Under the pieces are notes generated by a model. That model had not been told where the DNA came from and made no database searches. It saw nothing but the letters and a program-made list of their open reading frames with translations. A stretch of DNA of 47,111 nt from an uncultured Mycoplasmatota bacterium. GTDB taxonomy: Bacteria; Bacillota_I; Bacilli_A; RF39; UBA660. Location of the stretch: NCBI GenBank assembly GCA_946554325.1, contig CAMNSB010000003.1:1-47111 (forward strand), given 5' to 3'. The position numbers and the translations under genes are program-made. Shown here piece after piece: positions 1 to 9,609 of the stretch; the first letter of the stretch is position 1, and every line of letters begins with the position of its first letter.

Positions 1-2
1 AA

Positions 3-287
3 AAAATAATGGAGGGGAACAAGATTATGGAAGAATATTTAGAAGAGTCAAATGAGACAAGTAAAAAGGAAGAAATTATAGGACTATATGATAAAGAGTT
101 ATATGATGAAATGATGGAGTATCACAAATTAAAACATGCTAGAGAAGATGGGATGGAACAAGGGATAAAACAAGGTGCAAAGGAAAATAGTAAGAAAATA
201 GCAAAATCATTAAAAGAAAATGGTGTAAATATGAGTCTCATTATGCAAACCACAGAACTTTCAAAAGAAGAGATAGAAAAATTATAA
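3..287 (+). CDS. Rpn-family (PD-(D/E)XK recombination-promoting nuclease/putative transposase) C-terminal part, 5'-truncated by window edge
   Basis: Frame is open to the window edge. The tail EDGMEQGIKQG...KIAKSL...G...I.QTTELSKEEIEKL is typical of Rpn proteins. Confidence 0.75.
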   Translation, partial: KIMEGNKIMEEYLEESNETSKKEEIIGLYDKELYDEMMEYHKLKHAREDGMEQGIKQGAKENSKKIAKSLKENGVNMSLIMQTTELSKEEIEKL

Positions 288-386
288 AGGAATATACAGG
301 AAATTCATATTCTAATTTGAACTTAATTGATAAGTGACTTTTCAGGATAAATTTGATACAATAGAAAAGAGATAGGACGTGAGAAT

Positions 387-2180
387 ATGATAGAAAACAT
401 TAGAAACTTCTCCATTATCGCCCATATTGATCATGGGAAAAGTACACTAGCAGATAGAATTTTAGAAAAAACAGGAGCAGTTAGTAAACGGGAAGTAGTA
501 AACCAAATGTTAGATAGCATGGATATTGAAAGAGAACGAGGTATTACAATCAAATTAAATACTGCCTCACTGAGTTATCAAGTGGATAATACCACGTATT
601 TACTAAATTTAATTGATACTCCTGGTCATGTTGATTTTTCTTATGAAGTATCTAGATCCCTTGCTGCCTGTGAAGGAGCAATACTAGTAGTGGACGCCTC
701 CCAAGGAATTGAAGCACAAACACTAGCCAATCTCTATTTAGCACTAGAAAATAATTTAGTAATTATACCAGTCATTAATAAAATAGACTTACCCAATGCC
801 GATGTTTCAAAAGTAAAGAAAGAACTAATAGATTTAATTGGTTTTAAAGATGATGAAATCATTTTAACTTCCGCCAAAACAGGAGAGGGAGTAGAATGCC
901 TTATAAAGGCAATTGTCGAAAAAATTCCTGCTCCAACAGGAAATGGTAAGAAGCCACTTCAAGCTTTAATATTTGACAGCCTCTTTGATAGCTACAGAGG
1001 CGTTATTATATCAACACGTATTGTAAATGGATGCCTTTCCGTTGGAGACAAAATAGAAATGATGGCAACAGGTAAAAAATACGAAGTGGTAGAACTTTTA
1101 AAAAATACACCAAAAGAAGAAAAAGTGAAGACCTTATATACTGGAGAAGTAGGCTTTGTAGTAGCAGCTATCAAAGATATCGCTGCTGTAAAAGTAGGAG
1201 ACACAATTACTTTAGAACAGAACCCTACCAAAACTCCTCTTCCAGGATATCAGCCAATGAAGTCTATGGTTTTTTGTGGTCTTTATCCAATAGATAGCGT
1301 AAAGTTTGAACTCTTAAGAGAATCCCTTGGTAAATTAAAACTAAATGACGCATCCCTTACCTTTGAACCAGAAACAAGTGAAGCCCTAGGATTTGGCTTC
1401 CGATGTGGTTTCTTAGGCTTACTACACATGGAGATAATCAAAGAGAGAATTACAAGAGAAGCAGGAATTGACCTTATCACTACCTCTCCATCGGTAATAT
1501 ATAAAGTTACACTAACAAATGGAGAAGAAATAGAAATTGATGCACCAACCAAATTTCCAAGCAAAGAAAAACTAAAGACAGTAAAAGAGCCATATATCTG
1601 TACCAATATTCTATCTCCAACCGAGTATATTGGTTCCATCATGGAACTATGTCAAACCAAAAGAGGAAGCTTTGTTACGATGGACTATATCAATAAAACA
1701 AGAGTAAATATTCACTACGATATTCCTCTATCAGAAATTGTCTATGACTTTTTTGATAAGTTAAAGTCCTATACCAAAGGATATGCATCCTTTGACTATG
1801 ATTTCATTGGTTATAAAGAAAGCGACTTAGTAAAAATGGATATTTTATTAAATGGCGAAATAGTGGATGCCTTAAGTACCATTGTTCATAAGGACTTTGC
1901 TTATAGTCGTGGAAAAGCTGTTGTCAACAATTTAAAAGAAGTGATCCCAAGACAGTTATTCGAAATACCAATTCAAGCAACTCTAGGGAATCATATTATT
2001 GCAAGAAGTACCGTAAAAGCACTGAGAAAAGATGTTTTAGCAAAATGTTATGGTGGAGATATTACAAGAAAGAAAAAACTATTAGAAAAGCAAAAAGAAG
2101 GAAAGAAAAAAATGAAACAAATTGGTAAAGTAGAATTGCCACAAGAAGCATTCATGAGTATTCTAAGTGAAGGTGAATAA
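387..2180 (+). CDS. lepA: Translation elongation factor 4 (LepA)
   Basis: [37 protein letters not shown] and [18 protein letters not shown] motifs. Confidence 0.98.
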   Translation: MIENIRNFSIIAHIDHGKSTLADRILEKTGAVSKREVVNQMLDSMDIERERGITIKLNTASLSYQVDNTTYLLNLIDTPGHVDFSYEVSRSLAACEGAILVVDASQGIEAQTLANLYLALENNLVIIPVINKIDLPNADVSKVKKELIDLIGFKDDEIILTSAKTGEGVECLIKAIVEKIPAPTGNGKKPLQALIFDSLFDSYRGVIISTRIVNGCLSVGDKIEMMATGKKYEVVELLKNTPKEEKVKTLYTGEVGFVVAAIKDIAAVKVGDTITLEQNPTKTPLPGYQPMKSMVFCGLYPIDSVKFELLRESLGKLKLNDASLTFEPETSEALGFGFRCGFLGLLHMEIIKERITREAGIDLITTSPSVIYKVTLTNGEEIEIDAPTKFPSKEKLKTVKEPYICTNILSPTEYIGSIMELCQTKRGSFVTMDYINKTRVNIHYDIPLSEIVYDFFDKLKSYTKGYASFDYDFIGYKESDLVKMDILLNGEIVDALSTIVHKDFAYSRGKAVVNNLKEVIPRQLFEIPIQATLGNHIIARSTVKALRKDVLAKCYGGDITRKKKLLEKQKEGKKKMKQIGKVELPQEAFMSILSEGE

Positions 2181-2181
2181 A

Positions 2182-2655
2182 ATGTTTGTAGTAGAAGATA
2201 ATGAATTTATAGAAGTAAAAGCTTATTATACAGACGATAACACAATATATGCACTAATAGGAGAAGAACTGATTACCTATCCTAATATAGAACACAATAA
2301 AGCATTCTTAGATTCACATATCCGAGAACAAGTAGAATGCTTTAAAGAGTTTTTAGATTTTTCTCATACTTTGCCAAACAGACAAGGTTTATTGAGTAAA
2401 CTAGAATATTTAAAAGATTATACCCGAACTATTCTAGGATTGCCTTATCTTAGAAATATTTGTTTTTTAACAGAATATTTAGACCAATATCAAAAAGCAC
2501 CATTTATGATGATTACCAAAGAATTAGAACTAGATAATACGACTATTGCTATAGAAAACCCTCTAGGTATTTCTAATATGTTAGATATAGATCCTGTTAT
2601 CATTCATGATGTAGTAGATGGTATTAAAAAATATCAGAAACAGGTAAGAAAATGA
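2182..2655 (+). CDS. Hypothetical protein with basic C-terminal tail
   Basis: ORF between lepA and hemW. ATG 2182 follows AAGGTG, and the stop overlaps the hemW start (ATGA). Confidence 0.7.
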   Translation: MFVVEDNEFIEVKAYYTDDNTIYALIGEELITYPNIEHNKAFLDSHIREQVECFKEFLDFSHTLPNRQGLLSKLEYLKDYTRTILGLPYLRNICFLTEYLDQYQKAPFMMITKELELDNTTIAIENPLGISNMLDIDPVIIHDVVDGIKKYQKQVRK

Positions 2656-3749
2656 CATCATCTCTATATGTTCATATTCCATATTGCAATACCGTTTGTA
2701 CTTACTGTGACTTTTGTAAAATGTATTATAATCCTGAACAAGTTTCCAAATACATAGACCAATTAAAAAAAGAACTAATAGAAGTCTACCATCAAGAGAA
2801 ATTAAAAACAATTTATATTGGGGGAGGAACACCTAGTTGTTTGAGCGAAAAAGAACTACACCAATTATTTTCTACTTTAAAACTAGTAAAAGTAGAAAAA
2901 GAAACGGAATACACAGTAGAGTGTAATTTTGACTCCATAACAATAGAAAAACTAGAATTACTGAAAAACTACGGAGTAAATAGATTAAGTTTTGGACTTG
3001 AAACCATAAATCCAAAAGGAGAAGAATATTTAGGTAGAAAAAACGATTTAGAGCATATTAAAAAAATAATCTCATACGCTGGAAAAATAGGTTTTAAAAA
3101 TATAAATATAGATTTAATATATGCTTATCAAAACGAAACCATAAAGACCTTAGAAAATGATATTGATTTTCTATTATCATTAGAGCCAACACATATTTCT
3201 ACCTATTCATTAATCATTGAAAAAAATACAAAACTAAGCATCAGAAAAGAACATCAAATAGATAGTGATCTAGATTATGAGATGTACCAGTTAATATCTA
3301 AAAAGTTAAAACAAGCTGGCTATATTCATTATGAAATCAGTAACTTTGCCAAACCAGGATATGAATCAAAACATAATTTAGTCTATTGGCACAACGAAAA
3401 TTATTACGGAATAGGCCTTGGTTCATCATCCTATCATAATAACCAAAGAATAACAAATACAAGAAGTATCACAAAATACTTAAAAGGCATGTATCATCTA
3501 GAAATTGAAAACCTAGATGAAAAAGATAAAATGATTTATGAGATTATTTTAAATCTTAGACTATTAAAAGGAATCAAAAAAGAAGATTTTCTAAAAAAAT
3601 ATCAAAAAAAATTAGAAGAAGTCTTCCTATATCAAGACTTAATCAAACAAGGATTAATAAAGGAAGAAAATGGCTATTTAAAAATACCAGAAGAAAAATT
3701 ATATATTAGTAATTATATTATAGAGGAGTTTATATATGGAAAAGAGTAA
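2652..3749 (+). CDS. hemW: Radical SAM heme chaperone HemW (HemN-like)
   Basis: LYVHIPYC-xxx-C-xx-CDF, YIGGGTPS and HYEISNFA motifs; lepA-hemW synteny as in Bacilli. Confidence 0.92.
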   Translation: MTSSLYVHIPYCNTVCTYCDFCKMYYNPEQVSKYIDQLKKELIEVYHQEKLKTIYIGGGTPSCLSEKELHQLFSTLKLVKVEKETEYTVECNFDSITIEKLELLKNYGVNRLSFGLETINPKGEEYLGRKNDLEHIKKIISYAGKIGFKNINIDLIYAYQNETIKTLENDIDFLLSLEPTHISTYSLIIEKNTKLSIRKEHQIDSDLDYEMYQLISKKLKQAGYIHYEISNFAKPGYESKHNLVYWHNENYYGIGLGSSSYHNNQRITNTRSITKYLKGMYHLEIENLDEKDKMIYEIILNLRLLKGIKKEDFLKKYQKKLEEVFLYQDLIKQGLIKEENGYLKIPEEKLYISNYIIEEFIYGKE

Positions 3750-4317
3750 ATGTTTTTTAAAAGAATTAAATTATATAAAGGATAACAATTTGAGAGGAAG
3801 TGCTACTAAATTAATAGAAAACTTGCCTGATTATTTTTTTGAAGTAGCGGCATCATCAACGGGAAAATACCATCCAAAGTATGCATTAGGAAATGGAGGA
3901 CTTATAAGACATACCAAGGCAGCAGTGCGTTTTGCTTATGAATTACTTAGTGATCCATCTATTGGTGATAAATACAGTGAACGGGAAAAAGATTTAATGA
4001 TAATTGCTTTAATAGTCCATGATGGACTAAAACATGGAATTACAAAAGATACTTATGTTAAGTTTGAACACCCAATTCTAATTGCAAATTTAATAGAGGA
4101 AAAAGGAAAAGAATTAGGATTTACAAAAGAGGATGTTGCACTCTTAAAATCAGTAGTATCCTCTCATATGGGACCATGGACGACAAATAACTATAGTGAT
4201 ATAATTCTTCCTGCCCCTAAAACAAAATATGAAAACTTTGTTCATATGTGTGATTATCTAGCCAGTAGAAAATGTTTCTTACTAGAATTTGATGGAAACA
4301 ACAATATTATTGACTAA
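3736..4317 (+). CDS. HD-domain phosphohydrolase
   Basis: SSTGKYHP, GGLIRHT, VHD, SHMGPW and CDYLASR metal-binding motifs. Confidence 0.8.
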   Translation: MEKSKCFLKELNYIKDNNLRGSATKLIENLPDYFFEVAASSTGKYHPKYALGNGGLIRHTKAAVRFAYELLSDPSIGDKYSEREKDLMIIALIVHDGLKHGITKDTYVKFEHPILIANLIEEKGKELGFTKEDVALLKSVVSSHMGPWTTNNYSDIILPAPKTKYENFVHMCDYLASRKCFLLEFDGNNNIID

Positions 4318-4361
4318 ACGTTTGTTCTAAGGTATAATAAGTTTAGAATTGAGGTGAGAAA

Positions 4362-5024
4362 ATGGGAAAGTTAATTGTGATCGAAGGAACAGAATGTTCT
4401 GGAAAAGAAACACAGTCAAAAATGTTAGCAAAAGTATTAAAAGAAAAAGGATACCCAGTCGTACATTTTGCCTTTCCTATGTATGATACTCCAACAGGAA
4501 AAATTGTAGGAGGTTCTTATTTAGGAAAAAAAGAAATTTCTCCCTCATTTTTCGAAGAAGACCCATCTGAAGTAGATCCCTATATCGCTTGCCTTTATTA
4601 TGCTGCTGATAGAAAATATAATTTTAATAAAATTGAAAAGTATTTAAAAAAAGATTATTTTGTAATTTTAGATCGTTATATTTCATCTAATATGGCACAT
4701 CAAGGGGCCAAAATCTTAGATAAAGAAGAACGTTTCCACATGTATCAATGGATTGATAAACTAGAGTACTGGCTCTTACAACTGCCAAAACCAGATCAAA
4801 CATTTTTTCTTCATTTGCCATATGAGTACTCTAAAGAGTTAAAACAAAAGGAAAATAAAATAGAGAATAAAGAGTATTTGAAAAATTCAGAAGAGGCATA
4901 CATAGAATTATCAGAATTATATAATTGGAATAGAATTGAATGTATAAAAGAAAACAAAATAAAAACAATTGAACAAATCAATCAAGAAATATTTGAACGA
5001 TTAGATTTAAATATTAGTAAGTAA
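4362..5024 (+). CDS. tmk: Thymidylate/deoxynucleoside monophosphate kinase
   Basis: P-loop IEGTECSGKETQ, FP.Y, YAADR, LDRY..SN.AHQG and LPKPD. Confidence 0.85.
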   Translation: MGKLIVIEGTECSGKETQSKMLAKVLKEKGYPVVHFAFPMYDTPTGKIVGGSYLGKKEISPSFFEEDPSEVDPYIACLYYAADRKYNFNKIEKYLKKDYFVILDRYISSNMAHQGAKILDKEERFHMYQWIDKLEYWLLQLPKPDQTFFLHLPYEYSKELKQKENKIENKEYLKNSEEAYIELSELYNWNRIECIKENKIKTIEQINQEIFERLDLNISK

Positions 5025-5042
5025 ATTGCTAATATTTTTTTA
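5009..5042 (+). terminator. Probable intrinsic terminator after tmk
   Basis: AATATTAGTAA-GTAAA-TTGCTAATATT hairpin followed by a T-run. Confidence 0.55.
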
Positions 5043-5232
5043 AATTTTAACAAAACAGAAAGTAGAAAATGAGTTGCAAAATTCTACTTCTTTTACATAT
5101 TATGTTTGTTAAAATAATACTCATAAAGGATGCTACTTTGTGAACTAAGTAGATTCTTTCGTTTATTTATCTTACTTTCTTTTCTATGACTATTTTTTGA
5201 CTATGATTATAAAAGTGTCATATTTTGAATAA

Positions 5233-5541
5233 GCAGAAGTAGGGTTAATGTATCCAAGTGATTATGGATATGCTGCGGGAACTAGCAGTTGCTTAGCAAC
5301 AAGTCTGAATAATTATGGTACTGATTGCTATAAAAAGAACTGGTTGTATTCTGGTGGTGAACATATGATTACCCCAGGAGGTATTACTACAATTACACAT
5401 TTAACTGTGGCAGGAAATGTTATTCCTTATAGCGAAGCTACTAGTTCTGCTGCTGTTCGTCCTGTTGTTTATCTTAAAGCCAATATTTTAACAACAGGCG
5501 GAGACGGTAGTAGCACATCCCCTTATCAACTTGGTTTGTAG
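5233..5541 (+). pseudogene. Orphan 3' fragment of a surface/pilin-associated protein with CLec-like (DGR-target-type) C-terminus
   Basis: Reads AEVGLMYPSDYGYA...AVRPVVYL...GGDGSSTSPY directly after an in-frame TAA (5230-5232). It is paralogous to the 46525-47109 protein and has no N-terminal part or good RBS. Confidence 0.65.
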
Positions 5542-5727
5542 AAAAATCTCAACAAATAAATACGTGTATAATAGTATGCTGAGAATATAGAAAATAATAT
5601 CATGATTATCATATGAATTTAGAATACAAGAAGGCTGAATGATTAGAAGAGAAAACAGTATTCGAAGTAATCATAGTAATATTAAAATTTAGGTAATAGT
5701 AATAAAATTTTTATCTAAATAAAACAA

Positions 5728-5780
5728 AAAAATAATCGAATAGAGAAAGCGTGTTAGTTTTTCTACTCGATTATTTTTTA
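5728..5780. terminator. Long hairpin, probable bidirectional terminator
   Basis: AAAAATAATCGA..TAGAGAAA / TTTTTCTA..TCGATTATTTTT inverted repeat between convergent units. Confidence 0.6.
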
Positions 5781-5804
5781 TAATCTACAACATATTTAAT
5801 AAAT

Positions 5805-7250
5805 CTATGGTATATGAGTTTGTTTGTTAATAGGTGCTGTTAGTCCTGAGAATGTAGCATTGACTGGAAGGGGGCTTGCCGTTAAGTTCCTAGGTAATTC
5901 ATTTAATTGCTCAGCAATCGTAGTAGGCGTTGCCTTCGTCATACTCTCTATTGCACTTTCCTGTTCTTCTTTTTTATCCTCCTTAGAAGGAGAACTTTCC
6001 TCTATCTTTTCTTCACTTTTTACTTCCTGCTTTTTATTTTTCTGATATTCTTCTTCGATATCTGCATCAATTTCAATAATACGATAAATTTCATCAAAAC
6101 TAGTAAGACCCTCTAATACTTTTAATAAACCATCCTGAAGTAGAGTAATAACATCAGACTCATAAACTAAATCTTCAATATCTTCTTTTTCTATTCTTTC
6201 ATTAGCAAGAGCATCTCGAATGGAATCACTAATTTCTAGTACCTCCTGAACGGCAATACGACCACGATATCCATTATGACAATTAGGACACCCTTTAGGA
6301 TTGGCTGTATAAAGTTTATCGACATCTTTATCTAAAACCACTTTAAATATTTTCTTCTCATAAGCAGTCGTCTCTTTTTCCACTCTACATTTTGGACATA
6401 GCATTTTAGCAAGTCTTTGCGAAATAATACCAGTTAAAGCACTAGAAAGTAAGTATCTCTCTACATTCATATCCATAAGACGTTCAATCGTAGATAAAGA
6501 ATTATTCGTATGGATAGTAGATAATACTAAATGTCCGGTAATAGATGCACGAACAGCAATCTGAGCCGTCTCACTATCACGAATCTCCCCAATCAATATA
6601 ATATTAGGATCTTGCCTCAAAATAGAACGTAAGACAGTAGCAAAAGAAAGTCCAATCTCACTATTTACTTGAACTTGATTCATTCCCTCAATATTCATCT
6701 CAATCGGATCCTCTACAGTAATAATATTAGTCTCAGGCTTATTTAACGTCTGCAAAATAGAATAAACAGTAGTAGACTTTCCAGAACCAGTCGCACCAGT
6801 AATTAAAATAATTCCATTAGGAACCTGAATCATTCGCTTTAACTTTACAAAGTTCTCATCACTAAAACCTAAACTATCAAGTCCAGATAAACTTCTAGAA
6901 TAGTCTAAAATACGAATAACAATTTTTTCACCCTTATTAGTAGGTAAAGAAGAAACACGCATGTCAAGATTTACTCCACCAATAATTCCCTTAATCGCTC
7001 CATCCTGAGGAAGACGACTTTCTGTAATATTCATGTTAGCAAGCAGTTTTAGCCTCGTAGTGAGGTTTCTCTCATAGGCTTTTGGAATAAATGTATAATC
7101 CTGTAAATCTCCATCAATGCGAACACGAACCATCATCCCTTCTTCCCTCGGATCAAAGTGAATATCACTAGCACTATTTTCAGAGGCATAAACAATAATA
7201 TGATCAGCAATCTGTGTAATTGCCGTTTTTGCAAAATCAAACGTCACCAT
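5805..7250 (-). CDS. GspE/PulE/PilB/ComGA-family type IV pilus assembly ATPase
   Basis: ASDIHFDP, RLPQDG, Walker A GATGSGKST, ITVEDPIE, LRQDPNIILIGEIRD, TGHLVLSTIHTN and two CxxC motifs. ATG 7250 follows AAAGGGG. Confidence 0.93.
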   Translation of the reverse strand: MVTFDFAKTAITQIADHIIVYASENSASDIHFDPREEGMMVRVRIDGDLQDYTFIPKAYERNLTTRLKLLANMNITESRLPQDGAIKGIIGGVNLDMRVSSLPTNKGEKIVIRILDYSRSLSGLDSLGFSDENFVKLKRMIQVPNGIILITGATGSGKSTTVYSILQTLNKPETNIITVEDPIEMNIEGMNQVQVNSEIGLSFATVLRSILRQDPNIILIGEIRDSETAQIAVRASITGHLVLSTIHTNNSLSTIERLMDMNVERYLLSSALTGIISQRLAKMLCPKCRVEKETTAYEKKIFKVVLDKDVDKLYTANPKGCPNCHNGYRGRIAVQEVLEISDSIRDALANERIEKEDIEDLVYESDVITLLQDGLLKVLEGLTSFDEIYRIIEIDADIEEEYQKNKKQEVKSEEKIEESSPSKEDKKEEQESAIESMTKATPTTIAEQLNELPRNLTASPLPVNATFSGLTAPINKQTHIP

Positions 7251-7342
7251 ATGATTCAACCCCTTTGTTATTTTCCTATGGTATTTTACTATAAAATATT
7301 ATATAATAAATTTATAAAAATAGCAAGGAAAGATGTGGATAT

Positions 7343-7990
7343 ATGAAAAATGAAAAAGGCTTTGTCTTAGCAGAAACATTAGTAGTAGCAGTAGCAGTAA
7401 TGACAATATTTTCTCTTCTATATGCCAATTATTATCCCTTAATTGGTGAATATGAGAAAAGAGAAGTCTATGACAATATCGATAGTAAATATATTGCCCA
7501 TTGGGTAAGAAAAATATTAGTAGAAAAATCTACCAATCAAGCATTCACCACGATGAATAGCTGTGAAGGAAATTGTCATGTCGTTTATGCCTCATTCTAT
7601 GAAGACAAAAAAAAGAATGAAAATGAAATCATCCGCGAAAAAAAAGTTTTACTAGATAAAACAGATGGGCTCTTAGGCGACAACGCATCCTATTTACAGA
7701 ATTATATAGATGCAACCAACATTAAAGCTATTTTAATAACCAATTATAATATAGAAAGCTTCAAAGCTTATGTAAAAGAAAATAAAGAAATATCAGTAAC
7801 AGATATTACAGACAAAGAAAACTTTAATGAAAAAGTCATAACAAGGGGATTTCGTGATTATATAGAATACTTACCGAAATATAATAAAACACCTTCCCAA
7901 AATGGTGCATCATATCGAGTAATTGTAATTATCGATCACAATACCTCCAAAGAATATGACTCATACGCTACAATTGAGGTGAAAATATGA
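7343..7990 (+). CDS. Prepilin-type (class III signal peptide) protein
   Basis: MKNEKG|FVLAE followed by a hydrophobic helix; Glu at +5. Confidence 0.85.
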   Translation: MKNEKGFVLAETLVVAVAVMTIFSLLYANYYPLIGEYEKREVYDNIDSKYIAHWVRKILVEKSTNQAFTTMNSCEGNCHVVYASFYEDKKKNENEIIREKKVLLDKTDGLLGDNASYLQNYIDATNIKAILITNYNIESFKAYVKENKEISVTDITDKENFNEKVITRGFRDYIEYLPKYNKTPSQNGASYRVIVIIDHNTSKEYDSYATIEVKI

Positions 7991-8673
7991 AAAAGTTAAA
8001 TAACAAAGGAATGACCTCTATTGAAATATTGATTAGTTTCATCATAGTAACAGCCATCACCATTTCTCTTTTTGATACCGTAACAAACTATAAAACAAAA
8101 CAGCAAATAGAGTCCTATAAAAATATCATAACAGAATATAAAAACTCACTAACAAAAATAATAAATGATGATATCATTAAATATAAATTGGCTATGGTAT
8201 CAGAACCCAAGCAACTAGTAGATACAGATAAAATTACTTACAAAATGACTCTTTATTTTGAAAAAAATTTACTGAACAAAACTACATGCTCTACAAACTA
8301 TGGGACAAATGGATGTCACAAGACAATAGAAGTAGTGAAACATATCAACCTACCACCTGATGTAACAGAAAATGAAAAAGTAGACTATATTATTTATCCT
8401 GAAGTAGTTGGCACAACTATGAGAAAACAGACCTATACACTTCCTGATATTGGGGCAGGCTATGAAGAAGGCGAAAAGGTGGAGTCAGATGAGTTTATGG
8501 TAAAAGATATCCGCTATAGCAGCATATCATTAAAAAATCATGGTGATAATTTAATCATAGATATTGCTATATATCATCATGAACTATCAGACTACTATCA
8601 TATTTATATCGCTGCCCCTCTTGCTTATTACAATCCACTAACACCAGAAGTATTACCTTTTATAGAAAACTAA
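7987..8673 (+). CDS. Prepilin-type (class III signal peptide) protein
   Basis: MKKLNNKG|MTSIE followed by a hydrophobic helix; ATGA overlap with the previous gene. Confidence 0.85.
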   Translation: MKKLNNKGMTSIEILISFIIVTAITISLFDTVTNYKTKQQIESYKNIITEYKNSLTKIINDDIIKYKLAMVSEPKQLVDTDKITYKMTLYFEKNLLNKTTCSTNYGTNGCHKTIEVVKHINLPPDVTENEKVDYIIYPEVVGTTMRKQTYTLPDIGAGYEEGEKVESDEFMVKDIRYSSISLKNHGDNLIIDIAIYHHELSDYYHIYIAAPLAYYNPLTPEVLPFIEN

Positions 8674-9574
8674 AAAAAAGATAAAACAGGAAAATACTAA
8701 TACCCACTTGAGAAATTCTACTCAAAAGGAAGTTACGATATAATATTGGACTATTACTTATTATACTTAAAACCTGCATATGAATAGAAAGAGAACCAAA
8801 AGAGAGAAAAAGTAAAATAATCATTCCCTGTAAAAGAGGGGAGAGGCTTTGTGGGATATGGCTAATTCCCTTTGTAACTTCCAAAAGACCAGTTATTAGA
8901 AAACTTCCCCTAAAAGAAATTATCTTAAATAAAACGCCACTTAAAACAAAAAATAAAATACTAGTACCAAGGATTAGAAACATAAGACGAAATGTTTTAA
9001 AAATAGAACTAGATAAAGTAGTAATAAAATCACTATCCTTAGAATAAGTAGGTATCTTAGTTCTCTCTATTACTTTTGGTCTTATAATAAAAGCAATTAT
9101 AAAATTAGCAAGAAAATGGCTGATTAAAATAAAGATAGTAAGTCTTTTATTATGTGTAATTAAAAAGCATGTTCCCAAAATAAAAAGGGGATTAGAAAAA
9201 TGAGTAAAAGTAATTAAATAATTTGCCATATGACTTGATATCATTTTTCTATCTAGAAGCTCTTTTGTATATTTTGCACCACTAGGAAAACCAGAAACCA
9301 TAGAAAGAAACAAGACAAAAGCCCCCATGCCATTACAATGAAATACCTTTTGAAATAATTTATCACATACTCTAGCAACTTTTTCTGGAAAATGATAATA
9401 AATAAACAAATCTGTAATAATATAAATAGGAAAAACAGCAGGAAAATATTTGGTAATAAAAGTAATTAAAGCGGTTTCTACTTCGGAAATAACAAAAGTA
9501 GGATAACAAAGAATAAAAAGTAAAAATAAGAAAAGAAACAAAATAATCACATTAGAATAATCTTTTTTTAGCAT
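8660..9574 (-). CDS. ylbJ: Sporulation integral membrane protein YlbJ
   Basis: Multi-TM protein with FPAVFP, SGFPSGAK, FSNPLFILG, GLLEVTKG and FGSLSIHMQV; divergent from ylbL. Confidence 0.85.
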   Translation of the reverse strand: MLKKDYSNVIILFLFLFLLFILCYPTFVISEVETALITFITKYFPAVFPIYIITDLFIYYHFPEKVARVCDKLFQKVFHCNGMGAFVLFLSMVSGFPSGAKYTKELLDRKMISSHMANYLITFTHFSNPLFILGTCFLITHNKRLTIFILISHFLANFIIAFIIRPKVIERTKIPTYSKDSDFITTLSSSIFKTFRLMFLILGTSILFFVLSGVLFKIISFRGSFLITGLLEVTKGISHIPQSLSPLLQGMIILLFLSFGSLSIHMQVLSIISNSPILYRNFLLSRISQVGISIFLFYLFFSFL

Positions 9575-9609
9575 ATTTCACCTACTTTTTGTTATAATGG
9601 TAGAAAGGG

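Noticed and set aside
992-1642. Antisense or nested ORFs here and within mutS, xseA, mnmA, alaS, trxA and rnhC
   Set aside because: These are shadow frames of well-supported genes, with no RBS or recognisable motifs.
5330-5480. Orphan cassette as the template repeat for the right-edge VR
   Set aside because: Similarity is only at the protein-motif level. The nucleotide sequences are not near-identical, and the cassette is not AAC-rich.
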